This document shows, in pieces, positions 48,869 to 63,879 of a DNA stretch of 64,000 bases. Within the stretch, counting starts at the first letter, position 1. The number at the start of each line of letters is the position of its first letter. Position numbers and translations under genes: made by a program. Origin of the DNA: Octopus sinensis (Eukaryota); assembly GCF_006345805.1 (NCBI RefSeq), contig NC_042999.1:17360001-17424000 (forward strand). The letters run 5' to 3'. Under the pieces are notes generated by a model that was not told where the DNA came from, ran no database searches, and worked only from the letters and a program-made list of their open reading frames with translations.

Positions 48869-49849
48869 ATTTATATACATATGTGTTTGCATATATCTAT
48901 GTGTATGTATAATATTCGTTTCCAAAAGAGAAAAATTGCGTGATGTAAAGTTTATATCTTTTACCAATCTGTTCCTGATTCTCTAATGTCGTCGATGATC
49001 AAATGTTCATTCAGCCAAAATAATAAATAAATAAATAAATAAATAAATAAAATAAAAAAAAGGCTAAGTGTTGATTCTAATTTGTTAAGACTGGCAACGT
49101 GCTCGAAAAGACAGCAAAACAGGGATATCAGTATTTCCTAGGAGACTAAGACGGCGAGCTGGCAAGCCGGGCAAAATGCTTTCGAACATCTAGTCTGCAT
49201 TTTCGATTTGAGTTGAAGTGCCGTCAAACTTTGCCTTTCATCTTTTCGGATTCGATAGAATGAATGTCAGTTGAACATTGGGATGGATGTAGTCTAACAT
49301 CCTCTTTACCGCAATTGCTGGCCGTCTACGAAAATTTGAAATCAACATTACTAGAAGACTGGAGTACTGCAGTATCAATGGTAGCAGCCCTATTAGAGCG
49401 TATTTGCCGGTTTGTCGTAAGTTTTCGATCCCATATACCCTTGTAAAAGTGGTCTCAGATGAGACGGTTTCTCTTATCTTCATTTGTGTAATAATGTGGT
49501 TGTTTTAGCATTTTAGTATTCCAAACTTCTGACTTCGTCGTAACTAATTTGAGCGCTATTTTGGAATATGAAGAATTTCTGTCGACGATAATTCATGCGT
49601 TTTAAGGTATATTCAGATCTGCCAATTGTAATGGCAGTCACGTTTGTCCTTAGAGCACGACCTGAATGAATATAAATGGTGGTGATATTGGCTAAATTTG
49701 ATATTTACCAGTCATTTTATTCATTCCCCCAGGGTGTGATGTTAATAACCCGCAGACATATTTCCCCTTATGAATTCTGAGAAGTGAAAGTAAAGTAGGT
49801 TCAGAATGTTTTTCTGAGAATATGCACTTTAATATCTTTTTGAAAATTG

Positions 49850-51480
49850 CAGCTGTTTGAAACGAAATGTTGTACAAGTTCTGTCGAACTAGTGTTATTG
49901 TGCCTGACGTCGAATCTCTGCCCATTAAGCATTTTTGTTTCATTTTTCTTTTGTACAACCACCGTGAATCAAGTTGTCTTTCGTGCATTCTGCCAGTAAC
50001 ACTCATTGGGAATCTCTACATATCCCACCTTCTGCATAAATCATAAAATTACACTTGACACTTGTTATTGCACAATGAACAGAGCTGAACTCTCTTACAG
50101 CTATTTTTCAATGTACTGGAAGCACTCCGTCGGTTACGACGATGAGGGTACCGGTTGATCCGATCAAGGGAACAGCCTGCTCGTGAAATTAACGTGTAAG
50201 TGGCTGAGCACTCCACAAACACGTGTACCCTTAACGTAGTTCTCGGGGATATTCAGCGTGACACAGAGAGTGACAAGGCCGGCCCTATGAAATACAGGTA
50301 CAACAGAAACAGGAAGTAAGAGTGAGAGAAAGTTGTGGTGAAATAGTACAGCAGGGAGCACCACCATCCCCTGCCGGAGCCTCGTGGAGTTTTAGGTGTT
50401 TTCGCTCAATAAACACTCATAACGCCCGGTCTGGGAATCGAAACCGCGATCCAAGGACCGCGAGTCCGCTGCCCTAACCACTGGCCCATTGCGCCTCCAC
50501 TTTCAAGGTACAACGTGCAGGTCTCCAATGTTCGTTTTCTTAGAGTAAGCAATAGAGGTCAATAATTCTCTTTTGTTCTTATTCCGTCTAAATGCTACGA
50601 TAAGCGGCTGAAGAAATATTTGTTTGAAACGAGGATAACATTTTCGCCACATGCTTGTAACTTTCATGCAACACTTTTGAAATGTCATCGAAATTTCGGT
50701 GCATAGTCTCTAAAGGAGTTCTGTCATCTATTGTATTCTGTTTGCTAAACTTATGCGTGTAGGTTTGTGTATGTTTGCTAATCTTAGCTATTTCATTTGC
50801 TATTTCCTTTAATCGTGATTCACTGTAACCGCGTTTGACATAATGATGTACAAAAGCATTTGTACGTTTTCAGCAATCCCGTATGCCAGTACAAATCCGT
50901 TTTATTCTCAAAAATTGGGAATGCGAATTTGACCGAATAATATGATGTGGATGATCGGAGCGGTGGTGGATATAAATGTGGGATGTCGTGGGCTTGCAAA
51001 ATAATTCTGTCACTATTCTGCCTCGAGAAAACTGGGTTTTGTGTCCCAAAATTCAACACTATTTTTTGAAAAACTACACCTAAAATTTATGTTGGACTTA
51101 CAGCCATAGTTTTTAGCATAACAGTTACAGAAATGCAAGAAGTCAATTAAACTATCCTGTGATGCTTCCCAGACAAAAATACGTCATCTATGAACCGTAA
51201 CCAGAGTATTGGTTCATGACCATGAAGGGATCTGAATGTCTTCAGTAACTGTCTCGAATTTCGTCATGAAGATATTAGCAAAATTAACTGCAGTGGGGGT
51301 ACTCATGGCGCAACCCATCGTCTGGTTTTCGATGTCCGACATAAAATTTACATTTAGTTTTTCAAAACCTAGCCTTGAGATATCGCGTATTGAAACTAAA
51401 CTTCATGTAACAAAAATCTTTCCGATTTTTTAGTTGCTTTGCTTTAACAGAAATTGTCTCAGTTGTATCGCGAAGTTTTC
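49850..51480 (-). pseudogene. Old decayed Penelope-like element (RT plus GIY-YIG), split by a SINE C1
   Basis: Minus-strand fragments QTMGCAMSTPTAVNFANIFMTKFE, ILWLRFIDDV, SDHPHHIIRSNSHSQFLRIKRIC...KRGY and LAECTKDNLIHGG...LNGQRFDVR occur in the correct order. Confidence 0.8.
50122..50500 (-). mobile_element. SINE family C1 inserted in the old PLE
   Basis: Reverse complement of 9064-9428; possible TSD TTTCAA(T/G)GTAC at 50106-50116 and 50501-50511. Confidence 0.88.
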
Positions 51481-51567
51481 CTTCCATCGCACTGATGGTA
51501 TTCGATTAAGTTTGTGTTGTGGTGAGAGGTTATTAGTGTAAATCCATGTTGTTATTTAGCCCGGAGC

Positions 51568-51617
<50 letters not shown>

Positions 51618-51989
51618 TATTATTAATATTATTATTATTATTTTTAAGTTCTTTTACTCACAGGTTGTTTTTGGAACTCCTGAAATTTTGCATGCGTAGA
51701 GGGCTGGCTATATGCAACATACATTACCATGCTATCCGTTCTTTTCAGTTATATAATGCTTACCTGATTATTATGTCTGTACCATTATTATTATTATTAT
51801 TATGTTTTTTTCCTTCTTTCTTCAAATTTTCTTCCGTTTCTCGTCGAGTGTTTTCCATTCACCTAGGGCAGAAAAGCTCATTGTATGCTTTCCCAGATTG
51901 CACACACAAATTCACAGATAAAATATGTATTTAAAATTAATAAATAAATAAATTCATGGATTGATGTTGTTTTCACAGCGATAATGCTC

Positions 51990-52058
<69 letters not shown>

Positions 52059-52061
52059 TAT

Positions 52062-52108
<47 letters not shown>

Positions 52109-52160
52109 TTATTATTATCATTATTATTATTATTATTATTATTATATTATTATTATTATT
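51990..52160. repeat. (TTA)n/(CTA)n microsatellite at the 3' end of the Dong piece
   Basis: Directly visible. Confidence 0.92.
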
Positions 52161-52545
52161 TGAAGACTCACAGCATATTTTGCTACGTATGATGGAAAGT
52201 GTCAGCTGTCTACAGCCCGCTGACAAAGGTGACACTTTATCGATAATGCTTCAAGAACCCTGAAAACATTCTTGCAGTTCCAAGCAATGCTGATTTTTGT
52301 AGGTGTTCTACCTTCACAATTGCACCTATGTTTTTCACTCATATTCGTAGGTGAGTGCTGATACTTTCAAATGTACCAGTTACTATTGGTATCACGTCTA
52401 CTCTGTTCATTGACCACACCCATCACATTTCCCACTTTAAATCTTCGTAGTTGTTCATTCTTTTCTTTTTTCAAATTGATCCTGTTGACACTGTATCATT
52501 CTATGTCGATAATCATAATGTTCTTTCTTTCTTATTCCCGTAGCT
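52161..52545 (-). pseudogene. R4/Dong-clade LINE 3' end (restriction-like endonuclease C-terminus)
   Basis: Minus strand KKERT..MIIDI...MNNYEDLKWEM*WVWSMNRVDVIPIVTGTFESISTHLRI*VKNIGAIVKVEHLQKSALLGTAR. LQKSALLGTAR is the typical R4-clade terminus. A ~90-bp UTR follows, then (TAA)n. Confidence 0.82.
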
Positions 52546-53705
52546 AGGCATGGATGAGTCTAAGAATACTTTTTTCCTCTATAAATTCAACGCATTCTTC
52601 ATGTAAGATGCTGATTTTATCAAAAATATAGAACTACATTGATGTTTTGAGCATGGTAATATTTTGTATGTTGTTTGTTATTAAAGATTTTCGTTCGATT
52701 GATCTTTAGAGAGACTTTGATATTTGAATGGCGGTTAATGTTTTAAGCGTTTTAGGAATAGATATTTCTTTTTGTTTTCTTTCCAAAATATCTAAAATCA
52801 ACTTTCTGTGTTCGCAAATGCGTGTGCTTTCTTTTAAATTTCAGCGCTTCATTAATATTTCGTATGCTTCAATGTTTTAATGAAATCAGCATATTCAAAT
52901 CTTTGGATACACTTGTTTATTATTTCATGGAGATCTTAAATTATAAAATGTTATCGCCTATTTGGTACGGCAGTCGTAAATTCGTCCATAGATATGAAAT
53001 ATAAACGACATCATTTCTTCTGATGTAAAAGCGTTTCACTGTGTGTTTTGCGAAATTCATTCTTGATACAAGAAATATTATTTTTATATATGTTTAATTA
53101 GTAAATATATTCTATTATCGTTGTCATTTAGCATACACTGTTTGGGTGATACGAAAAGATTCTCAGAAGCTGCTTCAGAAGTTTACACCGATTTGAAATT
53201 GTTTCAATGACTTAAAATCGTCTATAGATCCGTTTTAAATGTAGATGTTTTCCTTAAACCGCCAGTTAGTACTTCAGATAATTTTACTCGTGGTTATATA
53301 GCAACGTAATTGTTGTGAGGTAAAACTGCGATTGCATATATAAATAAATAAGTGAACAAATAAGTCGTCACTTCTCTTATAGAAAATGTATATAACATTT
53401 CGTTAGTATCGAGTCCGTATAATACTCAATACATACGACAAAACAAGTTTGTGAGGCAATTGATATAGAAGCGTTTTTCGTTTGGAACCAAAATCATCTT
53501 TAAAGAAGTGTCTTTAAATGAACTATCAATATTATTATGTGAAACAGGTTATAAGCAGCTTAAATATTATTTGTAAAGAACGTTCTATAAAAAAATAAAG
53601 AATGCGCGACTAACATAAATGTTCCCACCCTTTTACCTAAAATTTGTAACTTATTTATGTACGGCTCGTTATATGAATTCCTACTTATATACATAGATAC
53701 ATATC

Positions 53706-53935
53706 GGCGGCGAGCTGGGAGAAACGTTAGTCCGCCGGGCGAAATACGTAGCCGTATTTCCTCTGCCGTTACGTTGTGAGTTCAAATTCCGCCGAGGTCG
53801 ACTTTGCCTTTCATCCTTTCGGGGTCGATAAATAAAGTACCAGTTACGCACTGGGGTCGATGTAATCGTCTTAATCCGTTTGTCTGTCCTTGCTTGTCCC
53901 CTCTATGCTTAGCCCCTTGTGGGCAATAATGAAAT
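53706..53935 (+). mobile_element. SINE family B, full length
   Basis: Head and tail as at 16230; ATATACATAGA(T/C)ACAT on both flanks. Confidence 0.88.
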
Positions 53936-54489
53936 ATATATACATAGACACATCATTCGCTAAATTATACGGTTACATAAATGGGTTTTACTTCTGTAGG
54001 TCATTCCATTCAGTCACTGTCGTATTGTACAAGATGGTATATTACATACGCACATTGAATAGGGTTGTAGGTGCGTACATTGAAAACCAGGTATTGTGTC
54101 TGCTTGTGATATTTAACGCTTTCCTGTTAGAAAGTACAGATGCATTGATTTATGAATACCATTTTCCGATTCTGTTTGACAGTTTATTCACTTGGTAATA
54201 AGTTTTACTTTGCTTTTACCTAGCGTGTGTAGAATCACCTGCATGAAACACATTGACCGTTTCATTTATTACCTCCTAATATGTGCAGTATAAGTTCACT
54301 GTTTTATCACATTTCAATTAACGCCTGTAAATATACAGCTGATAGGCATATATTTACACAACAAAATTGAATGGAGCACGTTTCGCTGCTGTACATCAAC
54401 ACATCTTTGTACAAGAAAGAAACGACATCAATTTATTGCCTAAAAGTAATTGACATTTCTGAAACAACATTGAGTTCCACCCAATGCTT

Positions 54490-55000
54490 TCAACAAATAC
54501 GTGCGGTGATTCACCTCAGATATATTAGCTTTATGTAATGTTCACAGTGATTCGTCTAAGTTATACTTGCTATATATAAGGCAAACTGTGATTCGCTAAA
54601 CGCATGCTACAGCTATGTACTGCTCATGGTGATTGATCTAACGTGTGCTTACATAATAGTTTATATAATACTTGTGAAGATTCACCAAGCGCACATTAGC
54701 TATTAAAAAGCCTACGGTAATTCACCTAAAATAGACTAGCTCCATATAATGTCAATGTAGATTCAGCTATGATATACTAGCTCAGTATAAGAAATGCGGG
54801 AATGTACCATTTTGTCCTACGGCATATAACGACCGCCGTGATTTCCCTAGAGTTGGCTTGCTCCGTATGAAGGTAATGGTAAATTGCCAGACTATAATAA
54901 AAACATATGATGATTAAGTTGCGTCGCCAAAGATACATAGTCTATATATAATGATGACTTTGTTTCAACAAGCATTCACTAGCTATATGCAATGCCTATG
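54490..55000. repeat. Degenerate ~36-bp minisatellite; ~140 bp of it recurs at 56445-56590
   Basis: Recurrent GATTCAC/GATTCG...TAGCT motif. ATTCACCTAAAATAGAC(T/C)AGCTCCATATAATGTCAATGTA...GAATGTACCATTTTGT occurs at ~54720 and ~56486. Confidence 0.55.
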
Positions 55001-55334
55001 CAAAAGTCATCAGGAAATAATGGACACAAATTGCAATAACTATATTTCTATTAATGCGACAATACACAGCTTCTATAAGCTTTCACACTGAATAAATTAA
55101 TGGACATACAACTGATTTCAACAATATAACACTTGAAATTACATATAAACAACGCATATACAATATTTTATCTAAATTGAAAACAACAAATACAAACTAC
55201 AATTCAGTGTTAAATTGAAGTTATAAATGGATGTATAACCTAAATTCTTACGAAAAGTTTTAACAGTTAAAATCGTAAATAGTGAATACATATAAGTTTG
55301 TTGGCAGTAGTGCACGTTTACATCTATATATACA

Positions 55335-55544
55335 CTCTCTTTTACTCTTTTAATTGTTTCAGTCATTTGACTGTGCCCATGCTGGAGCACCGCCTTTGGT
55401 CGAAGAAATCGACCCCAGGACTTATTCTTTGTAAGCCTAGTACTTATTCTATCGTTCTCATTTGCCGAACCGTTAAGATACGGGGACGTTAACACACCCG
55501 CATCGGTTGTCAAGCGATGCTGGGGGACAAACACAGAGATACAA

Positions 55545-55583
<39 letters not shown>

Positions 55584-55608
55584 ATATATATTATATATAT
55601 AATATATA

Positions 55609-55656
<48 letters not shown>

Positions 55657-55805
55657 GACAGGCTCCTATCAGTTTCCGTCTACCAAATCCACTCACAAGG
55701 CTTTCGTCGGCCCGAGGTTATAGTAGAAGACACTCGCCCAAGGTGCCACGTAGTGGGAATGAACTCAGAACCATGCTACTTACCGCATAGCCACTCCTGC
55801 GCCTA
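55335..55805 (-). mobile_element. SINE family A, full length with an expanded internal (CA)(TA) tract
   Basis: Full match to family A. Confidence 0.85.
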
Positions 55806-56079
55806 TGTGTGAGTGCATAATTTTAAAAATGCTTTTCTATTGCTGTAAACACTTGCTTGGAATACACTTATTACTTTAAAAAACCCATTGCAAGTATAAC
55901 AATAGAACACTTTTGAGTAGACGTTTTGTGTTGCGATTAAAAGTTAGACCAAGCTAATCTGAAATCTGTATTTAGAACTCCACAATATTTATGCTAACAC
56001 CGGTGAAAATCCTTCAACTTGTTTTGATTTCAAATTGGAAATATTTCACGCGATTTTCACTATCTTTGTCTATTGGGAG

Positions 56080-56440
56080 ACATTGCCAAATCGCCAAGTA
56101 TCTATATTCATCATTGCACTATGAGTTCTTGGATAGAATCCAATTCTGTGTCTGCTTTTTGTTTGTGAATAAATGTAAGCCACGTTCCCTGAATTTGTCG
56201 GCATCATGCTCTTGGTGCCAGAGAACAGGTTTTGTGGCTTCTTCTCACTGGTGACTCATGTAATGAGCTAATATACTGAGCCGTCTCACCTTGAACATGT
56301 TGCTGATTTTTAGAAGGAGTTCATAGTGATACTCATTCCTCATGTGCTGTTGCAATTTCGCGTCCAGGTCATTCGTAAACCCTAGTATACAAGCCACCCA
56401 AAACACAGTTTTGATCCCTCGGTATTTTATAAAATGCTTG
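56080..56440 (-). pseudogene. Older RTE-superfamily LINE 3' fragment
   Basis: KISNMFKVRRLSILAHYMSHQ*EEATKPVLWHQEH resembles VSSLVKGRRVQFAGHYCRAEKEVISTLLLWKP of 3174..3620. Confidence 0.5.
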
Positions 56441-57441
56441 TGATGGTTCACTAAGCGCTCATTAGCTATTATAAAGCTTACGATAATTCACCTAAAATAG
56501 ACCAGCTCCATATAATGTCAATGTAAATTCACCTAACGTATACTAGCTCAATATAATAAATGCTGGAATGTACCATTTTGTACCACGTTTCGCTACAATA
56601 CAGTAGAACTGACTCAACATTATCAACAAACCATCTACTTTTGTTCCCCTTAACAGTCTTAAATTTCATATTCTCTTAAGTTTGTGAGATGTTGTCCAAT
56701 CTTATGCTTTTATGACATTGATGTCAGCATGGGAGCCGTTTACCCAACCACCTACATACATGATATTCTCAACTGAATTCATGGATGAACCATCGAAGGC
56801 TCGTAGATCTAGATGTTTGTTTTGATTGAAGTTCGTGTACATCTCTTGCTTCCTATTTAAGAGAAATGAATGGCTAATTTTTAATTTGTAACAGTTGATG
56901 ACAGCTAGAGGTCAGTGTGGATTTAGTAAAACATTAAAATCAGAAACTAACTAAACATTCCTGCCTTATGCAGTTGAGGTTAAGTTCACTGTAATCATAT
57001 TACGTATACTTACTGGGGCAAAATGGAGTGACTTTATAATTTTCAGAACTGTGTGTCGAAAGTTATTATAAAATCCTCTGAAACTGTTTGAAATTAATTC
57101 TGAACAAGACATACGAAAACGGAAGCTGACATACTTACTGACACAAAAATTCTAAACATACTGGCAGCTTCAAGAATTAATTATGCACTTTTAAAACAGA
57201 TAATATAAAACTACGACCAGCAATTAAGAATCAGACGTCTTTCTGATATGAAATTATACACATTTGACTATTGATCAGAATATTGAATAGACTGAGGGAG
57301 ATTAATTGAAAGCAATGCGAAAAATATTGACAAAATTCAAGAAAAGGAAAGTAAAAACGAAAATGAAGATTACGGTTGTGAGGAAAATGGGAGATGAACG
57401 GCAAACACACGAATACATGAAATACAAATATATATATATAT

Positions 57442-57485
<44 letters not shown>

Positions 57486-57533
57486 GTATTTGCGGTTATA
57501 TATGTGCAAGCGCAAATATATATGAGAATGTGA

Positions 57534-57618
<85 letters not shown>

Positions 57619-60246
57619 GTATATGTATATATATGTATATATTTATAAATGCGCACGTATATTTATATGTATGATTCCATATATATGTATTGACATACGC
57701 ACACATACGCACAGGCACACATACACATACATACACATTTATACTGAGAAAGTGCTGGAAAGTTTCATGGAATGGTTATTGTGTACAGATGTATAGATAT
57801 ATTCATATATATTTATCTATGACGACGGTGTGTGAGAATGGTGTGAATTAGAATAATAATAGGTCACAGATTAGCATTTAATATAATAAGCAGTTACAAC
57901 TTAATAGTAGCCCGTTAGTAACACACCCACTATGATATATATATTTGCGTATACGTATTTATACGTGTGTATATGCATATGTATACGTATACAATTGCAT
58001 ATGTATATATATACAATTGCATATGTATACATATACAATTGACCGTATGTATACATATACACATACATACGTATATATGTATATATTATATATATATGCA
58101 CACATTTATATATGCATATCTGTTATATAAAATTCCTAATATGAATTATTAAAGTATTAACCCTGAAGGCCTTGTCTGAAAGATAGAAACGTATTTATCA
58201 ATAATTTTTTCAGTATTTATTATAACATTTCCTTTGTATGGTGTTTTTCATTTCCTGAATTCTAATTCTCGTAATTCATTAAAATAGCTCATGAAGAATT
58301 CAGCTTATGTTGAACGAAATTCCCACACGGATATGTAAATGAAAAATAATAAAGATGTATGTTAATTATTTATATAAAGTCGGAAAATATATAATGATAT
58401 CTGCGTATATTTCAATCGGAGAGAAAGAGAAGTAAATCTGTTTAGCCTTCCGAGAAAAAAATCCTAGTACAATTTAAGCTGTAAAATAGTATATATAATG
58501 ATTTTGAAGTCAAGAGTTATTGCAATTTGAAATATATAATTAATGATACATAAAAGTATAAGTGTTACAGAATCCTTAATGCTAATTATATATATAAATA
58601 TATATATATATATAAATGAGATAGTGATTTTCTCATTCATATGCTAATGAATATATTTCAGGCGAACATATGTTTCTCTTCAATTACAAGTTTTCTGCAA
58701 CTTCCCTGTGCATAGAGAGGTAGCTTCCATTATATGCATTACGATATTCCACGATAAGGATAGACTGGCGAAATATAAGTTGCCATTGTTGTCATATGCT
58801 GCGTTGTCATGCGTAATGATATGCCTGTGATTCGATAGAAGTGTTTCTATTAATATGAAGGAAAGATATTGAAGAGCTTTATATGTATTATGTTGACGTA
58901 TTTAAACATTTCCATTTGAAATGTCGAAGTGCTAAATCGGTCACATGCGTGGGAATTACTTCAAAGTCCTGACGTATGCTGGAATATAAATTTCTATTTT
59001 ATCATAAAAATTCCCGAAGGTCATTGTAGCTTTCGCAATGTAGAGTTAACGGCTCACTATTTCTGCCTTTCGACAATGTCAGAGGGTTAAAAAAACAGCA
59101 CCTGATTATCACGAAAAGGCATTCACATCCAAAGTTACATTCGTCTAAAGCTTTCAATTTTCAACTAATGAGGCGAGTGTCTCTACAGTCAATAAACAAA
59201 ACTTTTTTAATGAATGGACATGAAAACACGATCCTTAAGAAGTAAGATAAGATGGACTGATTCTTCTTGACACGCTACATGCTAAGCGTAAAGATGGTTG
59301 ATTTGACAGAATTAGGTCTCATATCAAGTCAATAAAGAGGACTAGGGCTTTAAACATAAGTGTCTTAATATTCAAACATAGCTGGCTTCAAATATAGCTG
59401 TCTAAATATTTAGTTACATCGTTGTCTCTGTAGTACATCTAAATCATTATTTTCCATAAAACCTAATGACGGAAGCCTGCAGAAATATTTCTGTTGTATG
59501 GAAAAGGGTATGACGATGATTCGAAATGAAGATATAGAACAGTTGGTATTTCTCACCTTGTTATGGAATCCCTCCACATTCTCATTTCAATTATAGCAAG
59601 CGCTAAGTGTTTTCGTCTTCCTCCACAAGCCAAATTTTAAAAAAATTCGCTGATACATTTTCGTTTCTCGTAGGAAGAGTACATAGATATTTATCAAAGC
59701 TAAAACGTTATCTAACATCAGTGACGTTCTTTGTTTTTGCAAAGTATATTCATCACAAACTAAAGGTATTAGTTTTGTTTAAGCAGTGTCTTCGTGATGA
59801 ATTCTTATCAATCTGCAAAAAACAAAACGCAAAAGGAAAATACGATTATATCAAAGATATGACAATATTTAATACTAGATTTGATAAAAAAAAAATAAAG
59901 CTGGGGAGTATAAAGATGAAATTAATCCTTCTGTATGTGTCAGAGAGATTAATCTTACATTTTTATCTTTCAACATTGTCTAATCCAATCTCATTTGTTG
60001 GAAAAATATCATGATTTAATGGGTATACAATGGCTCCAAAGCTAGAGGTTATTTGGCAATAATAATATCGTTTATATTATTTTTTGAGGATATATTAGCT
60101 ATTTTATAAAATAATGGCAATATAACCACACAATGCTTTGAGAATGTATATGTGCCTTATACATATGCCCACGCACAAACTGTCTAATGCCCGCGCGCAC
60201 ACACACATATCAAACAAATACCGAGGGATTAACAATTCGGGTAACA

Positions 60247-60640
60247 TCTTTATATATAAAACTGTAGTTGTGTGAGTGTCTCTCCCCTTCGATTTAGATT
60301 CCTAACTACTCCCACATTTTGCGGTGCAGTTTAACCAAAACCGGGTATCTTATAGTCGTGATTCATATCGAGCCCTTCTGGGTATTAGCGCTTGTCTACG
60401 ATGAGTCTACGATTTTAAAAATAATTTACCATCATTTTTTTACATTTTCATGCATATTTTTTTAAAGGGAAGTAACTCTCTAAAAATGTCTACGATGAGT
60501 CAACGATTTAAAAAAAAAATTACCATCATATTTTTTCCATTTGTAATGCATTTTTTGCTATTTTTTGGCTATAACTCTCTAAAAATGCTTATATAGTTAT
60601 TTCCCTTACAAACCCGAGCAACGCCGGGCGATACTGCTAG
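60247..60640 (+). mobile_element. Non-autonomous Helitron (394 bp)
   Basis: A|TCTTTATATATAAAAC 5' end; subterminal hairpin CCCG agcaacgc CGGG (60613-60628); CTAG|T 3' end; AT target and no TSD; internal ~115-bp tandem duplication (GTCTACGATGAGTC...). Confidence 0.75.
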
Positions 60641-60923
60641 TACTTCATAAGTCTCTGTTGGCACGGCGGGCTAACAAAATTAGATTAGTGAAGCACTACA
60701 GGAAATCTTTTTGTAGGGTCCTAGTTATGGTCCATCACAATTCTGTATTGCAAATCCATAGATGGGCTTCAAATAAAATGCTTTTTATACAAACTGATAT
60801 ATAAGAAACAAGTTAAAATAATGGCCATTATATATGATCCATTTACAAATTTAGCTTACAGCTGTTTCTAGCAATTATTATAAATACGTTTACACATTGG
60901 TCCTATTCGTTTGATCAACTAAG

Positions 60924-61214
60924 TTAAATTGAACAACGTAAGAAAATGTACTTACGAAATTTTAGTTTGTTCGTGAGCTTCAGTAGGTCCGCTTCGAAGT
61001 CTTCTAAGCCTTTGATTTTTGGAGGGAATTTTTGGATGAATTTAATTCTATAGAATATGTTCCCTGTAGTGTCCTTTTCCATGTTGTGAAAGAAAGCTAT
61101 CCATCTAATGCTCTTAATAAGATCTGTAATTTTCTCCAAAAGTTTCTTAGAGTATAGTTCCCTGGATGGTATAGGCATGTTTTTCATAGAATAATTGAGT
61201 TTGTAGGTGTCCAT
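60924..61214 (-). pseudogene. N-terminal fragment of a Penelope-like ORF
   Basis: NYSMKNMPIPSRELYSKKLLEKI..LIKSIRWIAFF...PPKIKGLEDFEADLLKL.NKLKFR matches my recollection of PLE ORF N-termini (YS.KNIP.P...RMRWKA.F...F..DL...KFR). Confidence 0.6.
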
Positions 61215-62064
61215 ATTGAATTCGCCTGCGGGGCGGAGTCCTTAACCGATTTACAGCGATTTTTTAAAACAAGCTTATGAGCTTTTAGGTAAAAAGTGCG
61301 TTGTACGGGAGGTAATTTGTTAATAGTAATAGTATGACAACAAAAGAATGAAAAAAGCTAAAAAAAAATTGAGATATCAAGGAGATATCAGGAAATATGA
61401 AAATTCACCAAATAGTTATTATTTATCTTTTATAAAATTACTCAGTGCTTATACAAATTTCAAAACATGTTATCTATGACCCTAAGATACGATAAATAAA
61501 TTTCGCATTTGAATAACAATTCCCATAAGTACTCTATCATATGCTCGTTCTTCTTTTGCTTCTCCTTCACCTTCGTCACCTCCTTCTTTTTCCCTCTGCA
61601 TCTTTCTCCCTGTACGAGTGTGTAGTGTTTCTTTACTCAATGTCTGTGGTGAAACTTCGCATGAGCTCTTATGCTGCACCTATTTTATCAACTATTTCTC
61701 TATCGCTATTTTACTCTCTCCTTCTCTATAAGATATAAAGAACGAATGAAAAACATAACCAACCAACCAACGAACCAACCTGCATTTATTAGCTTCATTA
61801 TTATATAGAGAATTGGAAACAGGTATCACTGTAGTTAAAATCTTCATTTTACTGTCATAAAAAATCCTTCTACATGGTATCTTGAACACGTTTTGGATAA
61901 ATCCAAAACTCGAGTGGATTTCGCGCTGACATACACATACACATGCGCGCGCGTTCATATCATGTTTATCGACCTCCTAATATGTGAATGCTGACTCAAC
62001 ATCTTACTTTCAAATTTCGAATTATTATAATTTACTTTTCTCTAATTATCTTCTTGCATCATAC

Positions 62065-62065
62065 A

Positions 62066-62151
<86 letters not shown>

Positions 62152-62435
62152 ACTGTCTGTCGGTCTCTTTGTCTGTCTGTCTGTCTGCCTATCTTTCTAT
62201 CTATCAATTTATATATCTCTTTATTTCACTATGAATATTCCTATCACGTACTCATATTTGTATGTATGTATGCATGCATGTAGGTATGCATCTATCTATC
62301 TATCTATCTATCTATCTACCTAACTATCTATTTATCTACTTATCTATTTATCTATCTATTTATCTATCTATCCATCCATCCATCCATCCATCCACCCACC
62401 ACCATCCATCCATCCATCCATCCATCCATCCATCC

Positions 62436-62490
<55 letters not shown>

Positions 62491-62493
62491 AAC

Positions 62494-62549
<56 letters not shown>

Positions 62550-62550
62550 A
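62065..62550. repeat. Compound (TATC)n/(TCCA)n microsatellite
   Basis: Directly visible; SIYL ORFs are artefacts. Confidence 0.92.
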
Positions 62551-63537
62551 TCAATTTAGCTACCAAACACTCTCCTGACATCCATAAACATATTTGCATA
62601 TCATATAATCATGTAAATATATATATATATATACACGCACATCGTTATATTTCTAAGCGCATGTGTTTTTGTTATGAAATTATATCGCTCGAACAAGCTA
62701 GTAAATATGATTATAGAATATTATGCTGTGGAAAACAGTCGTAAAGTTCCATTGGTGTATTGATTCCTGTCGTCTTGGAGCAGCTCTGTAAGAACCGTTC
62801 CAAGACGACAATTAAATTATGGAATTATTTTTGCATGTAGCGAAATATCGAAGGCCACGTATGTTTGGATATTTTCCCTTTTATACCCCTGAATGATTTT
62901 TATTTGCTTTTACCCCTATTGCCATATTATAATATTAATCATGGAAATATAAAAATGAAAGACTTTCAGTACAGACTTCACAAGATCTAAACTAGAGATG
63001 AAATAATGTTTAATTCGAATGGTAGATTGATTTTATTATGGATGTTTAAATTTAATATGCAGAAAACTTAACAGAAATAAGTGAAGGCTGAATTAGGCAC
63101 ATATTCTTAGTTCTATGTGCATTCAAGTAGAACCTGAAAAATTCAATGATTGACCAGATGGAAAAGGATCAAGTAAATCTATCCTAGCTATAACAGGCGA
63201 GTGCAAAGGATTATATACGCATGCGTATAGCAATATATTGGCGAATGTATGGAAGGCGGTGTGCTACTATAGGAAGAGGAGGGGGTTAATATGGTGCCGG
63301 TGGTGAAACAATAGATTCAAAGAATTTTACATTCTGTAAATGTTATGTCTATAATGTATCAAATATAGTAGTATTATAGTTTGTACAAAACGAAGAATAT
63401 ATTCGTAAAGGGAATAAAAGAATGAGTGAAAACTTCACGAAAGAGTTATTGAATGAAAAGATTATTTATGGAGCTGTATAGTGTTGTATAATCTTATTCT
63501 ACAGAAAAGGATTTCAGCATAGAAAATATAATTTCAG

Positions 63538-63595
<58 letters not shown>

Positions 63596-63879
63596 TTATT
63601 ACCATTATACACTACACTCGAACGTAAGTATCGGGAATGATGAAACTATATGAATTTAATCGACTTGGCAACAGTTATAGTTAGTCTTATTTCTTGTTAA
63701 TTAGCCCGACGCTGATCGACTTGACTTTTCTCTGAAAAAATGTACAACGGCCTTAGCTATCTTGGATGTTTGCAGGTTGTATATCAGGAACTAGCCGTAG
63801 GCATCTAGGAATTTATTTTGAGCTTGAGTATAACAAATACCGCAGTAGCAGTTTATGGAATTTATTTTCAAATTCTGTT

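Noticed and set aside
49500-49700. Weak resemblance of ITIGRSEY...ISYDEVRSL to a Helitron helicase segment
   Set aside because: The similarity is marginal, and the adjoining sequence is clearly PLE RT/GIY-YIG.
59607-60014. 135-aa ORF
   Set aside because: AT-rich open frame with no motif I recognise.
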